Assembly (NCBI RefSeq): GCF_018977255.1
Contig: NW_024704742.1
Span: forward strand, 104,906,001-104,970,000
From: Callorhinchus milii
Taxonomy: Eukaryota
Direction: 5' to 3'
DNA length: 64,000 nucleotides
Positions 38,924 to 50,235 of the stretch are shown piece by piece (the stretch's first letter is position 1; each line of letters opens with the position of its first letter). Below the pieces are notes generated by a model that was not told the origin of the DNA, ran no database searches, and was given only the letters and a program-made list of their open reading frames with translations. A program made the position numbers and the translations under genes.

Positions 38924-41129
38924 ACATAAGAACATAAGAAAAAGGAGCAGTAGGCCATTCTGTCCCTCAAGCCTGCCCCGCCATTTAATAAGATCTTGGC
39001 TGATCTTCTAACCTAATTGCCTTTACCCGCCCTATCCCCATATCCCTTAATACCTTTAGTTTTTAAAAATCTATCGATCTAAGTCTTGAATATGTTCGAT
39101 GACTGAGCATCCACAGCCTTCTGGGGTAGAGAATTCCAAAAATTCACTACCCTCTGAGTGAAGAAATGTTTTCTCAACTCAGTTCTAAAGGGCTGACCTT
39201 TAATCCAGAGACTATAACCCCTAGTTTTAGATTCTCCAACCAGTGGAAACAGTCTCACACTATCTTCCCTGTCAAGACAACAACAACAACAACAAGATTC
39301 CATTTATAAAGCGCCTTTCACGTCAGGAGGACGTCCCAAGGCGCTGCACAGTTGGGTCATGACCCGAGCAGGGGGGAAATGGTCAGGGTGAGGGGAGGGA
39401 GGGAGCAAGGAGGGGGAAATGGTCAGGGTGAGGGGAGGGAAGGGAGGGAGCGAGGAGGGGGAAGAGAGTCGAGAGAGGAGCTGAAGGCACGGTCAAAGAG
39501 AAAGGTTTTGAGACCGGCCTTGAAGGAGGAAAGGGAGGAAGCGGCGAAGGCACTGGGGGATGGAGTTCCAGAGCCTGGGGGCTGAGAGGCTGAAGGCCCG
39601 ACAACCGATGATAGGGCGGTTGGGGCGGGGGACGTGGAGCAGACCGGAGCCAGAGGAACGGAGGGTACGGGCAGGTAGATAGGGGGATAGTAGGTTGGAG
39701 AGGTAGGAGGGAGCAAGGCCGTGAATGGCCTTGTAGGTGAGGATGAGGATCTTGAATTCGATCCTCTGGGGGATGGGGAGCCAGTGGAGGCGAGCGAGGG
39801 TGGGAGTGATGTGGTCCCGAAGCCTGGTGCGGGACAGTACACGAGCTGCAGAGTTCTGAATGACCTGCAGCTTGTGGAGGGAGGTGTCGGGAAGGCCGGC
39901 GAGGAGAGAGTTCCCATAGTCCAGCCTTGAGGTGACAAAGGCGTGGACCAGGGTTTCAGCAGCGTGAGGGGTGAGGTAGTGCCGTAGTCTGGCGATGTTC
40001 CGAAGGTGATGGAAGGCGGTGCCAGTTGTGGTGCGGATGTGAGGGAGAAAGGACAGCTCAGGGTCGAACAAAACGCCGAGGTTCCTGACTGGCTTTGAGA
40101 GGTGGAGAGTGCAGCCTTGGATGCTGATGGTGTCAGCGCCTGAGGTGCGGAGGCGCTGACGTGAGCCAATCAGGAGGGCCTCGGTTTTTCGCACGTTGAG
40201 CTGAAGAAAGTTGTCTCTCGTCCAGGACTCGATGTCGGACAGGAAGCTGTCAGGACATCGGTGGTCGTGGAGTTGAGAGTAGAGGAGGAAAGGTAGAGTT
40301 GGGTGTCATCCGCATACATGTGGAAGTTAACTCCATGTCTGCGGATGATGTCACCGAGGGGGAGCATATAGAGGGTGAAGAGGAGGGGACCGAGGACAGA
40401 GCCCTGAGGGACACCACATGAGACAGTACGGGGGGTGGAGGAGAAGCCATTCGTTGAGACAAAGTGAAGACGGTGAGAAAGGTACGACCTAAACCATTCA
40501 AGGACAGTGCCTTGAAGGTTGAGGTGGGAGGACAAGCGGTGGAGTAGGATAGCGTGGTCGATATCTTAAGATATACCCATAAGAATCTTATAGGTTTCTA
40601 TAAGATCACCCCTAATTCTTCTATATTCTGGAGCATATAGGCCTAGTCTAATCAACCTCTCCTCGCAGGTCAATCCCCTCATCCCAGGAACCAAACTAGT
40701 AAACCCACGTTGTACCCCCTCTAAGGCGAGTATATCCTTTCTTACATAAGGAGACCAAAACTGCACACAATATTCCAGGTGCGGTCTCACCAAGGCCCTA
40801 TACAATTGCAGTAAGACTTTCCTACTCTTGTACTCTATCCCCTTTGCAATAAACGCTAACATGCCATTAGCCTTCCTAGTTGCTGTACGTGCCTACTAAC
40901 TTTCTGTGACTGGTGTACAAGGACACCCAAATTCCTCTGCACACTAACACTATCTAGTCTCTCCCCCTCTAGAAAATAATCGGCTTTTCTATTTTTTCTA
41001 CCTAGATGAACAACTTCACACTTCCCCACATTATACTCCATCTGCCACCTTCTTGCCCACTTACTTAACCTGTCTATATCCCTTTGCATCCACCTTGTGT
41101 CCTCCTTACAGCTTACTTTCCCACCTAGC
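38924..41129 (-). mobile_element. 5'-truncated CR1 LINE split by the L2 at 39277-40561
   Basis: WQMEYNVGKCEVVHLG, LYRALVRPHLEYCVQFWSP, RGDLIETYKIL | LDRED..RLFPLVGE..FFTQRVVNFWNSLP; (ttcttatg)n tail at 38924-38940. Confidence 0.92.
39277..40561 (-). mobile_element. 5'-truncated L2, same subfamily as 31275-35005, nested in a CR1
   Basis: ORFs 40170-40535 and 39493-40194 ([33 protein letters not shown]) are nearly the same protein as the 33.4-34.5 kb copy; (caa)n tail at 39277. Confidence 0.93.
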
Positions 41130-42437
41130 TTTTTGTTTCAGATTTCCGGCATCTGCAGTATTTTGCGGGTTATATTAATAACAAAGTTTGTTATCATGGG
41201 GTCTGTTTTTATATTACACAAACTATCATTCTGCTGGGAATTTAAGTATAAGAGGGGAGTAAATGACCTCCTACTTATATATATATGGCTCTATGATCCT
41301 TTATTATAAACAATTTCAGTACTCAACTGCACATCATTTCTCTCATGAGAACAACACTGTGAAACAAGGATATGAAGTGTGTCAATTACTGTTTGCAGAA
41401 TAAAGAACAAAAAGTCCTTCCAAAAATTAAAAAAGATATTTCAAACAAATTCCATCAAGTGATTTCCAAGTTGCTGTCTGAATTTGAGTAGGAAAGTAGG
41501 ATATGAAGGTTATTATTATTATTACTATAAAGATTGTAAATAGTCAGGAATCTTTTTGTTTAGAAAATTATACCACATAAATCCTTCTAGGTATCCATTA
41601 TATTCTAATATAATAATGGAAAAACATAGGAAAGTTAAATGGCGTTTACGGATTTTTGCTGAAAGACACATGAATTTTCAACTATCTGTATCTGTCAGTT
41701 GATTTCTAAAAAATACATTTCTTGAAGAAATACAGGATAGGTTTTTGGTTTATATCATCTTAAGTGATTTTTTAATAGACCAATCGCACATTTCAAAATC
41801 GCATCACAATACACAGAGGGATTCAGATAGGATCAGGTTATAGGGTATATACTGTAGATGGGACAATGAGTAACCTGTTTGATTCAGTATATTTTTTGAC
41901 AGGGAAGAGCCACAGAAGTTGTATCGATAAACTGTTTCACCCTCAAAATAAACAGTCAATCCACTCTACAATTTACCCTGTGAAATGCTTCGAGAATGTC
42001 TCAACAACGTGATAAGACCTGTATATCAAATGCAAGGATTAAACCAGACACTATCTCTATCATTGTGCATGTTACTTTTTTTTAAATGGAATTGTGAACT
42101 CTCAGGCAATCATCATTTACTATTCAGTAGGTATGTTCAACCAAGACACCAATGGAACACATCTAGTATTCAACCTATTTACTTGTATTTTAGCACTGCT
42201 TTAGGCATCTCTGTTCCCAAGGAAACATTAGTGGACATTCCACTAGGTGCAATGCACAAACATGAAAATCATATTTGATGGGTTAAACATTCAGCAACAA
42301 TATCGGTTGGTACAGATATCACCCAAACCGAGATCCTGATTAGAATTGCTAGCTTTGGAACACTTTAATATTAATTAATGATTTTAGTCATGCTCTATTA
42401 TCATTACAGTAGGAAAATATTTTGCAAAAGTACAAAC

Positions 42438-42609
42438 CTTTTGACAGCATCTTTCTTTTGGCTATCTATGCTGTCCCACCATTTGGAGAAGTACGAAATC
42501 TCAGTCCACATAAACCTCCTACGAATATCTTCCTGTAGCTTCACCACCATGTTATTTAGGATATGCTGCGTCTGATCTCTGTAGTAGTCATCAAATGTTT
42601 TCAACCAAC
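42438..42609 (-). CDS. MAN2A1: Golgi alpha-mannosidase II (GH38) internal exon, 172 nt, phase 1 to 2
   Basis: ttgccag|GT TGG TTG AAA...GTC AAA AG|gtttgt; encodes (G)[56 protein letters not shown](R), GH38 N-terminal domain. Confidence 0.95.
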
Positions 42610-43036
42610 CTGGCAACAATCAATAATAATGTGGCATTATTATAAAATGTATTAATTTCAATATCTTCCATGACTCCATAAACCATAAGCATCTCATATT
42701 ATATGAAATGCAAGAATTATTATTACTATTACACTTAACATTTTAAAATACAGTAGTCATGTTGATATCCCTCTGATTCTTGAGACTTGTATTTCAAAGT
42801 TCACCTTTCCTTCTTAAAAAATTATTTGTTTATCCTAGCCCTAAAAATGTGATGTCTCCAACCCTTCAAATTACCACCTTACATCGGGACATGCCAAAGT
42901 GTACAAGTTATAATCAAATTATCCATCCACTCCAATACAAAATTTGCATAGCTGCTCCACTGATAATCATCACACCTATGTGTAGGATTTTGCACCATGA
43001 ATGTGTAAAGAATTTATCATATGGTCATTCACCAAT

Positions 43037-43320
43037 TAATAATAATCCTTGCATTTGATATAACACCTTATCATGTCTTCAAGACGTCTAAAGTGCTTCA
43101 CCAAATATACTGTAAAGTGAATTGACTGTACATTTTGTGGGCAAAACGCGGCAGCCAATTGTGCACAGCAGTGTCCCACAAACAGTTTGAGTGACCAATT
43201 TATTTACTCAGTTTGCCTACAACATATAAAGTCAATTCACTGGACAGGATATTTTGTGAAGCGCTTTCTGAGACATCTCGAAGACATGGTAAGGCGCTAT
43301 ATAAAATGCAAGGATTATTA
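43037..43320. repeat. Two SINE 3' halves in inverted orientation (43037-43200 minus, 43211-43320 plus)
   Basis: Both carry agtcaattcact..acag.atatt..gtgaagc.ctt...gaagacatg.taagg...aaatgcaaggattatta. Confidence 0.85.
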
Positions 43321-43347
43321 TATTCATGGCAATTTTATTTCCTTCCT

Positions 43348-43750
43348 AATCACCTGCAAAGCCCCCCATGGCCTCGCCTCACCCTACCTCTGTGACCTCC
43401 TAACCCCCTACCAACCTGCCCACTCCCTCCGCTCAGCCGGCTCTGGCCTGCTCCACATCCCCCGTATCACCTGCCCCACCATTGGCGGGAGAGCCTTCAG
43501 CCACTCTGCCCCCAACCTCTGGAATTCCATCCCCAATCACTCCACCTCGACCACTCCTTAGCCTCCTTCAAGTCCCACCTCAAAACACTCCTCTTCAACC
43601 ATGCCAGCAGCCACTATACTTCCCCTCCCCTCCCTTCTCCCCCCCCCGATCCCTGCTCGGGTCTGAAATGCTGTACACTGTCCAGCCCCTTAGGACGTCC
43701 TCCCGATGTGAAAGGTGCTATACAAATGTAATCTTGTTGTTGTTGTTGTT
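43348..43750 (+). mobile_element. L2 3' fragment (family A tail)
   Basis: TCKAPHGLASPYLCDLL...IGGRAFSHSAPNLWNSIP; tail (ttg)n at 43731-43750. Confidence 0.87.
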
Positions 43751-43754
43751 ATCA

Positions 43755-44560
43755 GTGCTTCAGTTAGTCATTCATTTTCTGCCTCTTTTCCATCAGCCCA
43801 AGAGTTCCTCAGGGATTGTTTTCCCTCTCCCACTTTGTTTCTTCTTCACATTAATGGCCTCCACCCCTTATTAGTTTCCTTCAGATTGCTCACCATCAGT
43901 GCAAATGTCCTTCATTCCTCTTGCAATAGATAAATCACCATCAATGGGATAATGAAAATCTAGTTTCTTTGTGTACTTCAAAGGCAGTTTCTGTTCGTCT
44001 CCCATAAGTCCTAATCAATGGCCACCACATCTTACCTCTTTGATGGTTTTACTATTCATCTTTCTTCATCCATCAACATTCTTGGTCTTATTATCTCCTC
44101 CGATCTCAATGGAATGCTTATATCTCCTCTATCACTAAATCTGACTCCAAGCAGCTTGGCTTCCTCTTTTCTGACAAACACTTATTTATTCTTCAATAAC
44201 TCTTAACGCTCTACATGCTCAATACTTGAATAGATTGAATTTCGCCCACAAAATACAGTCAATCCACTTTACAATATATTCTGTGAAATCCTTTGAGACG
44301 TCTCAATGACGTGATAAGGCTCTATATTAAATGCAAGGATTATTATTATTGAATACTGTTTCAGTTTTTGAGGAAGCTCTTCCGCTCCAGATCAGAATAC
44401 AAAAAGAACTCATTGTCTGACAGATAATGCTTCTCTCACCTCTACCCTTTTTCTTCACTCCTCTATCACTCCTTTTTCTATCCTTTCTCTATTTTATTGA
44501 TACACTATGGCTCTTCCAAGGTTTCCTCCTTTCCTGTAACTCTAAATACGCCTTCCTACA
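43755..44560 (+). mobile_element. Decayed non-LTR RT remnant distinct from the local L2 and CR1, split by a SINE tail at ~44241-44350
   Basis: Frameshifted RVPQG / SPTLFLLHINGL / WDNENLVS / SSSINILGLIISSDL / WNAYISSITKSDSKQLGFL / LEYC. Confidence 0.65.
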
Positions 44561-44597
44561 TTCTCATCCTCCTCTTTTCTCCACTGTGAGGAAATTA

Positions 44598-46035
44598 AGA
44601 ACAACAACTTGCGTTTATATAGCGTCCTCCTTGCCGGGTGGCTTCTCAGGTCGCTTAACAATGGCGGAACCCAAGGCCAAGGCAGTGGGAGGGGGAAGGT
44701 GACCGTAGACACGGTCAAAGAGGAAGGTCTTCAGGCGTGACCTGAAGATGGGGAAGGAGGGGTCGAGGCGAACGATTCGAGGGACACGGAGGAGGCTGGA
44801 CCCAGTAAAGCGGAGGCAGCGGGTACTGCTGTGGCGAGAGGAGGTTAGAGAGATAGGGGGATGCCAAGGAATGGAGGGATTTGAACATTAGAGTAAGGAT
44901 CTTGAAGTCGATCCACTCTGTCTGAGCCAGTGGAGTTTGGCAAGGACTGGAGTAATCGGGGTATGAAGTTCGGTGTGGGTGAGAATGCAGGCGGCGGAGT
45001 TTTGAATGAGCTGGATTTTGTGAATAGTGGAGTAGGGGAGACTGGCGAGGAGGGCGTGAGAGTAGTCCAGCCGAGAGGTGACAAAGGCATGGACCAGGGG
45101 TTCGGCAGCTTTTGGGATGAGGTATTGTCGGAGACGGGCAATGTGGTGGAGGTGGAAGAAGCGGTGCTGATCAGGGACCGGATGTGGGGGTGGAAGGATA
45201 ACTGGGGATCGAACCTGATGCCTAAGTTGTGCATGAATTCGGACAGGTCAGGTTGGTTGAGGAGGTCGGAACTATGGGACAGAAGACGTCAACGGGAGCC
45301 AAAGAGTATGGCTTCCGTCTTATTGAGGTTTAACTGCAGGAAATTTGCACTCATCCAGCTCTTGCTGTCCGACAGACAAGCTGACAGAACATCAGGGGAC
45401 TGGGGGTCGCAGCTGGAGGTGGAAAAGTAGAGTTGAGTGTCATCCACATACATGTGGAAGTTAACCCCATGTGTACGGATGACATCACCGAGAGGGAGCA
45501 TATAGATGAGGAAGAGATGGGGGCCAAGGATGGATCATCGGGGTACCCCGCAGGTGACCGGGTGGAAGTGTGAAGAAAAGCCATTTGCAGAAATGTAATG
45601 CTGGTGATTTGTAAGATAAGACTCGAACCAAGCGAGTGTGGTCCCACTGAGGTGAATGATGGAGGATAAGCAGTGGAGGAGGATGGTGTGATCGACTGTG
45701 TCGAACGCGCCAAAGTTGGCCAGGAGTACAAGGAGGCAGAGGGAGCCCTGGTCAGAGACAGAAAGAATATTATTTGTGACTTTCACGAGTGCTGTCTCTG
45801 TACTGTGGGTAGGGCGGAAACTAGACTGGAGGGGTTTGAGTAGGGTGTGGAGGGAGAGGTGTGCGCAGTTAGTTGGCAACAACGCATTCCTGAGCTTTGG
45901 CCAGGAAGGGCAGGTTTGAGAAAGGGCAGTAGTGACCGAGGTTGGAGGGATCGAGCGTACGTTTTTTTTAAAGAGGGTGGTGCTGACGGCGATTTTGAGG
46001 GGGAGTGGGTCTGATCCTGAGGAGAGAGACTGGTT
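44598..46035 (-). mobile_element. 5'-truncated L2 LINE
   Basis: ORFs 45535-45882 and 45289-45501: QSSFRPTHSTETAL, AFDTVDH, YVDDTQLY, NFLQLNLNKTE; tail at ~44600. Confidence 0.9.
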
Positions 46036-46376
46036 AATAGTATTAATACGTTAAAGAAGTCTCAAGACTTAACCTTTCGACTGTGCTTTCCGTCACCTTT
46101 CCCCTTCCACCCTCCTAAGAGCTCCCACCAACTGTGTGAATTATTTTGAGATTCCACCCACATGAAAAACACTTTATAAATATAAAAAATATTGCTCTTA
46201 ATTTAAAAATAAGAAAAAAACAAGAAACTGCGCTTAAGGAACATATTATGTTTATTCACATACAAGGATTGTTCATTACATTAAATAAATTGATAGATAT
46301 TTTCCTAATTTCTTTAATTTCATTAATTGATTGAACCTTTTATCTGATCTTCCAACTGGAGGCTCAGCTCAGCTTA

Positions 46377-46785
46377 CAACAACAACAAATTTACATTTAT
46401 AGAGCGCCTTTCACGTCGGGAGGATGTCCCAAAGCGCTGAACAGTCAGGTGTCGGGGCCCGAGCATGGGGGAGGTGGTTGGTGGTGTAGGGGTGAGGGAA
46501 GGCAGTGAGGTGGAAGGGAGACCAAAGGCACGGTCGAAGAGAAAGTTCTTGAGACCGGCCTTGAAGGAGGCAAGGGAGGAAGCGATGTGAAGAGACCGTG
46601 GGATGGATGGGCAGAGAGGCTGAACGTCCGGCCACCGATGGTAGGGCGGGTCAGGCAGGAGACATGGAACAGGCCGGAGCCCAATGAACGGAGGGAGCGG
46701 GCAGACTCGTAGGGAGTCAGTAGGTCAGAGAGGTAGGAGGGGGTAAGGCCATGGATGGCCTTAAAGGTGAGGACGAAGATCTCAT
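46377..46785 (-). mobile_element. L2 3' fragment (family A tail)
   Basis: LTFKAIHGLTPSYLSDLL...IGGRTFS plus reverse-complement hairpin tail and (aac)n. Confidence 0.85.
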
Positions 46786-47364
46786 TCATGAACAACAATG
46801 ACTGACTGGTAGAACATACTCATTGCTATATTGGAAGTATTCCATTTATGTACAAAATTATTGGTGCTCTACTGTAGATAATGCTACAATTTAAATCTGC
46901 AAACTAAACTGCTTGGTTAATGGTAAAATAGAGCGTGTCAACTATTGCCTTGAATATTTTCTACAATAACACTTTTGTACTATTATGTCAACTTGCCAAA
47001 AGAGGATTAGTATCAGCATTAATCTGAACCATTGTGCATTTGTTGGTAAATGAAAAACCAGATCGAATTCAAGGAAGAAATTAATACTCAACATCTGACT
47101 TGGCTGATGAGCTACACAGACAGCACTGAAAGTAAATCTTGCCAATCTTTTGAAATTAATTCCAGAGCATCTTCTATTAAAAGATAATGTTTGAACCAAT
47201 AGATTTTATATAAACAGGTTTGTCTGTACAGTGAACATCCTGTGAAATACATCAGACAGATTCCCAATGGGTCGCAGTACAAGTTATGTGCTGTTCCACC
47301 TTTGATATAGAGAGCAGCCTCCAAAAGTCATATCCAACCCTCATTGAAACTGGTCAGGTTTTCA

Positions 47365-48905
47365 GTTACATTAAAAGAAAAAGAGATGGAATAAGGCCAG
47401 TGAAGGTGGAGTTGGGTGTGGATATGACTAATTATGTTACACAAGCTGCAGAAGTACTAAATAAGTCGTTTTGCCTCAGTTTTTAGTAAGGAGGAGATGA
47501 GAAATTTATTGGATCTGGAAAGAAAACTCAAGTGGTGTTGCAGAGCGAAGTTGCGACAATATACATATCACTATCACGGTTGCTGAACAACTGTGCAAAC
47601 GTAAGGTAAACAAATCCCAAGGGCCGGATAAATTGCATACATGGATCATTAAGGAACTAAGCGAGGAAATTGCAGCAACTATGGAACAAATCTTTCAGAA
47701 ATCACTGGATACTAGAAATGTGCCGGGGGACTGGAGAAAGGCAGATGTTACTCCTATTTTTAAAAATGGTAGCAAAAGTGACCCAGGACACTACAAACAA
47801 GTGAGTTTGATGTCCGTTGTGGGTAAAGTTATGGAGACTCATTAAAAATAAGATCATGGAGCATCTGGACAGTTATACAATTATGAAAGATAGCCAATAT
47901 GGGTTTATGAAGAGGAGATCCTGCCAAACTAATTTACTGGTTTTCTTTGACTGTGTGTCAAACAAGCTTAATAAGGGTAAGGCAGGGCATGTTGTATATC
48001 TGGATTTCAGTAAGGCCTCTGATACAGTTACTCATGAAAGGCTGGTACTGAAAATAAAGAAAGCGGGAATCAGAAGCTGTATCTTGCAACCGATACGTAA
48101 TTGGTTGACCGAGAGTACCAAAAATGCTGGTGGTACACAAAATGTCATCAGGCTGGGAGAATGTTACCACTGGAGTTTCACAGGGGTCTGTTTGGGATCT
48201 CTTATTTAACATCTTCATAAACCACCAGGAATTAGGAGTCACAAGCACAGTGGCTAGATATGCATATGACACAAAGCTAATGAAGGTGGTAGACTGCAAA
48301 TATGAACAGGATAGTTTACAAGAGGACTTATAAAAAATAATCCTTGCATTTGATACAGTGCTTTTCATGTCTTCGAAATGTCTCAAATCGCTTCACAGAA
48401 TATACTGTAAAGTAAATTGACTGTATATTTGTTGGCGAAACGTGGCTGCCAATTGTGCACAGCAGTGTCCCACAAACAGTCATGGATTGAGTAATCAAAT
48501 TATTATTGTTTTTTTTCCTTGACGGATTATTATCAGGTGTGTGGAGCAAGGAAACTTGCCCAAGGCTTCGTCCTGCTGCAACTTCAACAATCTTGGAAAT
48601 TGGGGAAATCAATGGCAAATTAATTTTAATGTAGAGAAATGCAAAGTGCTTCACAAAAAATCCAGGAAGGGACTATTATTTAAATGGTAAGAAAATATTC
48701 TGTACAGAAAATGAAAAGCACCTGGAGATCCTGATTCACAATAATTGAAGCTATTGCAATAGTGCTCAATAGCAGTGAATAAGGCAAAACAGATGTTTAA
48801 AAGGGCAACATTGAGCCGAAATAGAGGGGGTAATCCTGCCACTTTATAAATAACTGATGCCACTGCAGTTGGAATACTGTGTGCAGTTCTAGGGACCACC
48901 TTATT
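47365..48905 (+). mobile_element. Decayed CR1 RT region split by a SINE at 48333-48575
   Basis: KSQGPDKLH, DWRKADVTPIFK, SQYGFMKRRSCQTNLL, VVYLDFSKA, GVSQGSV; resumes WQINFNVEKCKVLH after the SINE. Confidence 0.88.
48333..48575 (-). mobile_element. 5'-truncated short-form SINE nested in CR1
   Basis: ccttgggcaagtttccttgctccacac...taataatcc body and SINE tail. Confidence 0.85.
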
Positions 48906-49064
48906 TACTGAATGTTGGGACAAAATAACTGGGGTTGGCAGGATCCTGGACCATGCTACTTGTTTGGCGTAGGAAATAGTTTATGCAACACCAGTGAAAC
49001 AATTCAGAAATCAGGAAGATATCTCTGAACACAATACATAGTGGACTAGGAGACCAAATTGGAG

Positions 49065-49530
49065 CTGGGTGGGGAGGGAAAACTAGAGGGTGAGGGGAAG
49101 GTGGCCGAAAGCACAGTCAAAAAAAAGTCTTAAGAAGTGTTGTGAAGGTAGGGAGAGAAAAGGCAAGGTGAAGTGACTTCCGGATGCAGTTCTTGAGAAC
49201 AGAGATAGAATAGCTGAAAGCTCAACCGCATTTGGTTGGGCGGATTAGGCAAGTGACATGAAGCAGTCCTGTGCTGGCTGAGCAGAAGGACTTTTAAGAG
49301 AAGTAGGGTCTCCAAATTGGTTAGCGCAAAGCCATGGAGGCATTTAAAAGGGAGGACAAGGATGTTGAATTCGATTTACTAGGGGATGGGGAGTCAGTGA
49401 AGCCAAGCAAGAATGATGGTGATGCGTTTTCGGAGCCTAGAGTGGGAGAAGAAACAGGCATCAGAATATTAGATTGACTGCAAATTCTGTGGAGAGGAAT
49501 TGAGAAGTCAGGCGAGCGGAGTGTTAGACT
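49065..49530 (-). mobile_element. Old L2 3' fragment
   Basis: Reverse complement carries ttcactgactccccatcccct, atccttgtcctcccttttaaatgcctccatgg and tttgactgtgctttcggccacc, as in the other L2 copies. Confidence 0.65.
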
Positions 49531-49624
49531 AATTTATAATTTTAGGTTACACAATAGGAATTTCTTCTGCTACCTTCAAATCTGAAACTATGTACAGGGC
49601 CCTACTGTATTACCCAGAGTTCTG

Positions 49625-49980
49625 TCAAAAGGTTTTAGGTTCAAGCCCCACATCAGGACACAGTCTCAGCTAACACTCCTATATTGTGCTGGGCGAGTGC
49701 TGTGTTGTTGGAGGTGCTGTCCTTCAGATGAGATGTTCGAGTGAGGACCCACCTCCCAGTTCAGGTACACATAAAAGATCCCATGGCACTATTTGAAAAG
49801 AGTTTCTTCTAGTGTCCTGGTCAAAAATCTTCCAGATTAAATTGCTCACTCACTTCATGGCTGTTTGTGCAACATGTGTCCACAAAATAGTCACTTTTAC
49901 AGTAAATCCTATGAAGCATTTTAAAGCATTTCAATGAATGATAAAGGTGCTATATTAAATGTAAGGATCATTGTTATTAT
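49625..49980 (+). mobile_element. Old DeuSINE-type element
   Basis: ggttcaagcccca B box, gagtgctg...ggaggtgctgtccttcagatgagatgtt, aaaagatcccatggcactatttga, tgtcctgg; L2-type tail. Related pieces at ~50618-50960 (+), 63430-63615 (+), 19975-20145 (-), 56060-56250 (-). Confidence 0.7.
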
Positions 49981-50036
49981 AACAAACTTGTCATATCGCC
50001 TCCCTCTAACTCAACTGTATGACACACCTGACAATG

Positions 50037-50235
50037 TAATAATAATCCTTGCATTTGATATAGCGCTTTTCACGTCTTCTAGACATCTCAAAGCGCTTCA
50101 CAGAATATGCTGTAAAGTGAATTGACTATATATTTGTGGGCGAAACGCGGCAGCCAATTGCGCTTAGCAGTGTCCCACAGTCGTGGATTGAAAATGACCA
50201 ATTTATTATTGTTTTGTTTTGGAGGGATTATTATT
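50037..50235 (-). mobile_element. 5'-truncated short-form SINE
   Basis: taataatccctccaaaacaaaacaataataaattggtcattttcaatc body plus tail. Confidence 0.85.

Noticed and set aside
47103..47135. CTGATGA...GAAA hammerhead-like string
   Set aside because: The putative stem II (gct/agc) is not directly followed by GAAA and I could not find stems I and III.
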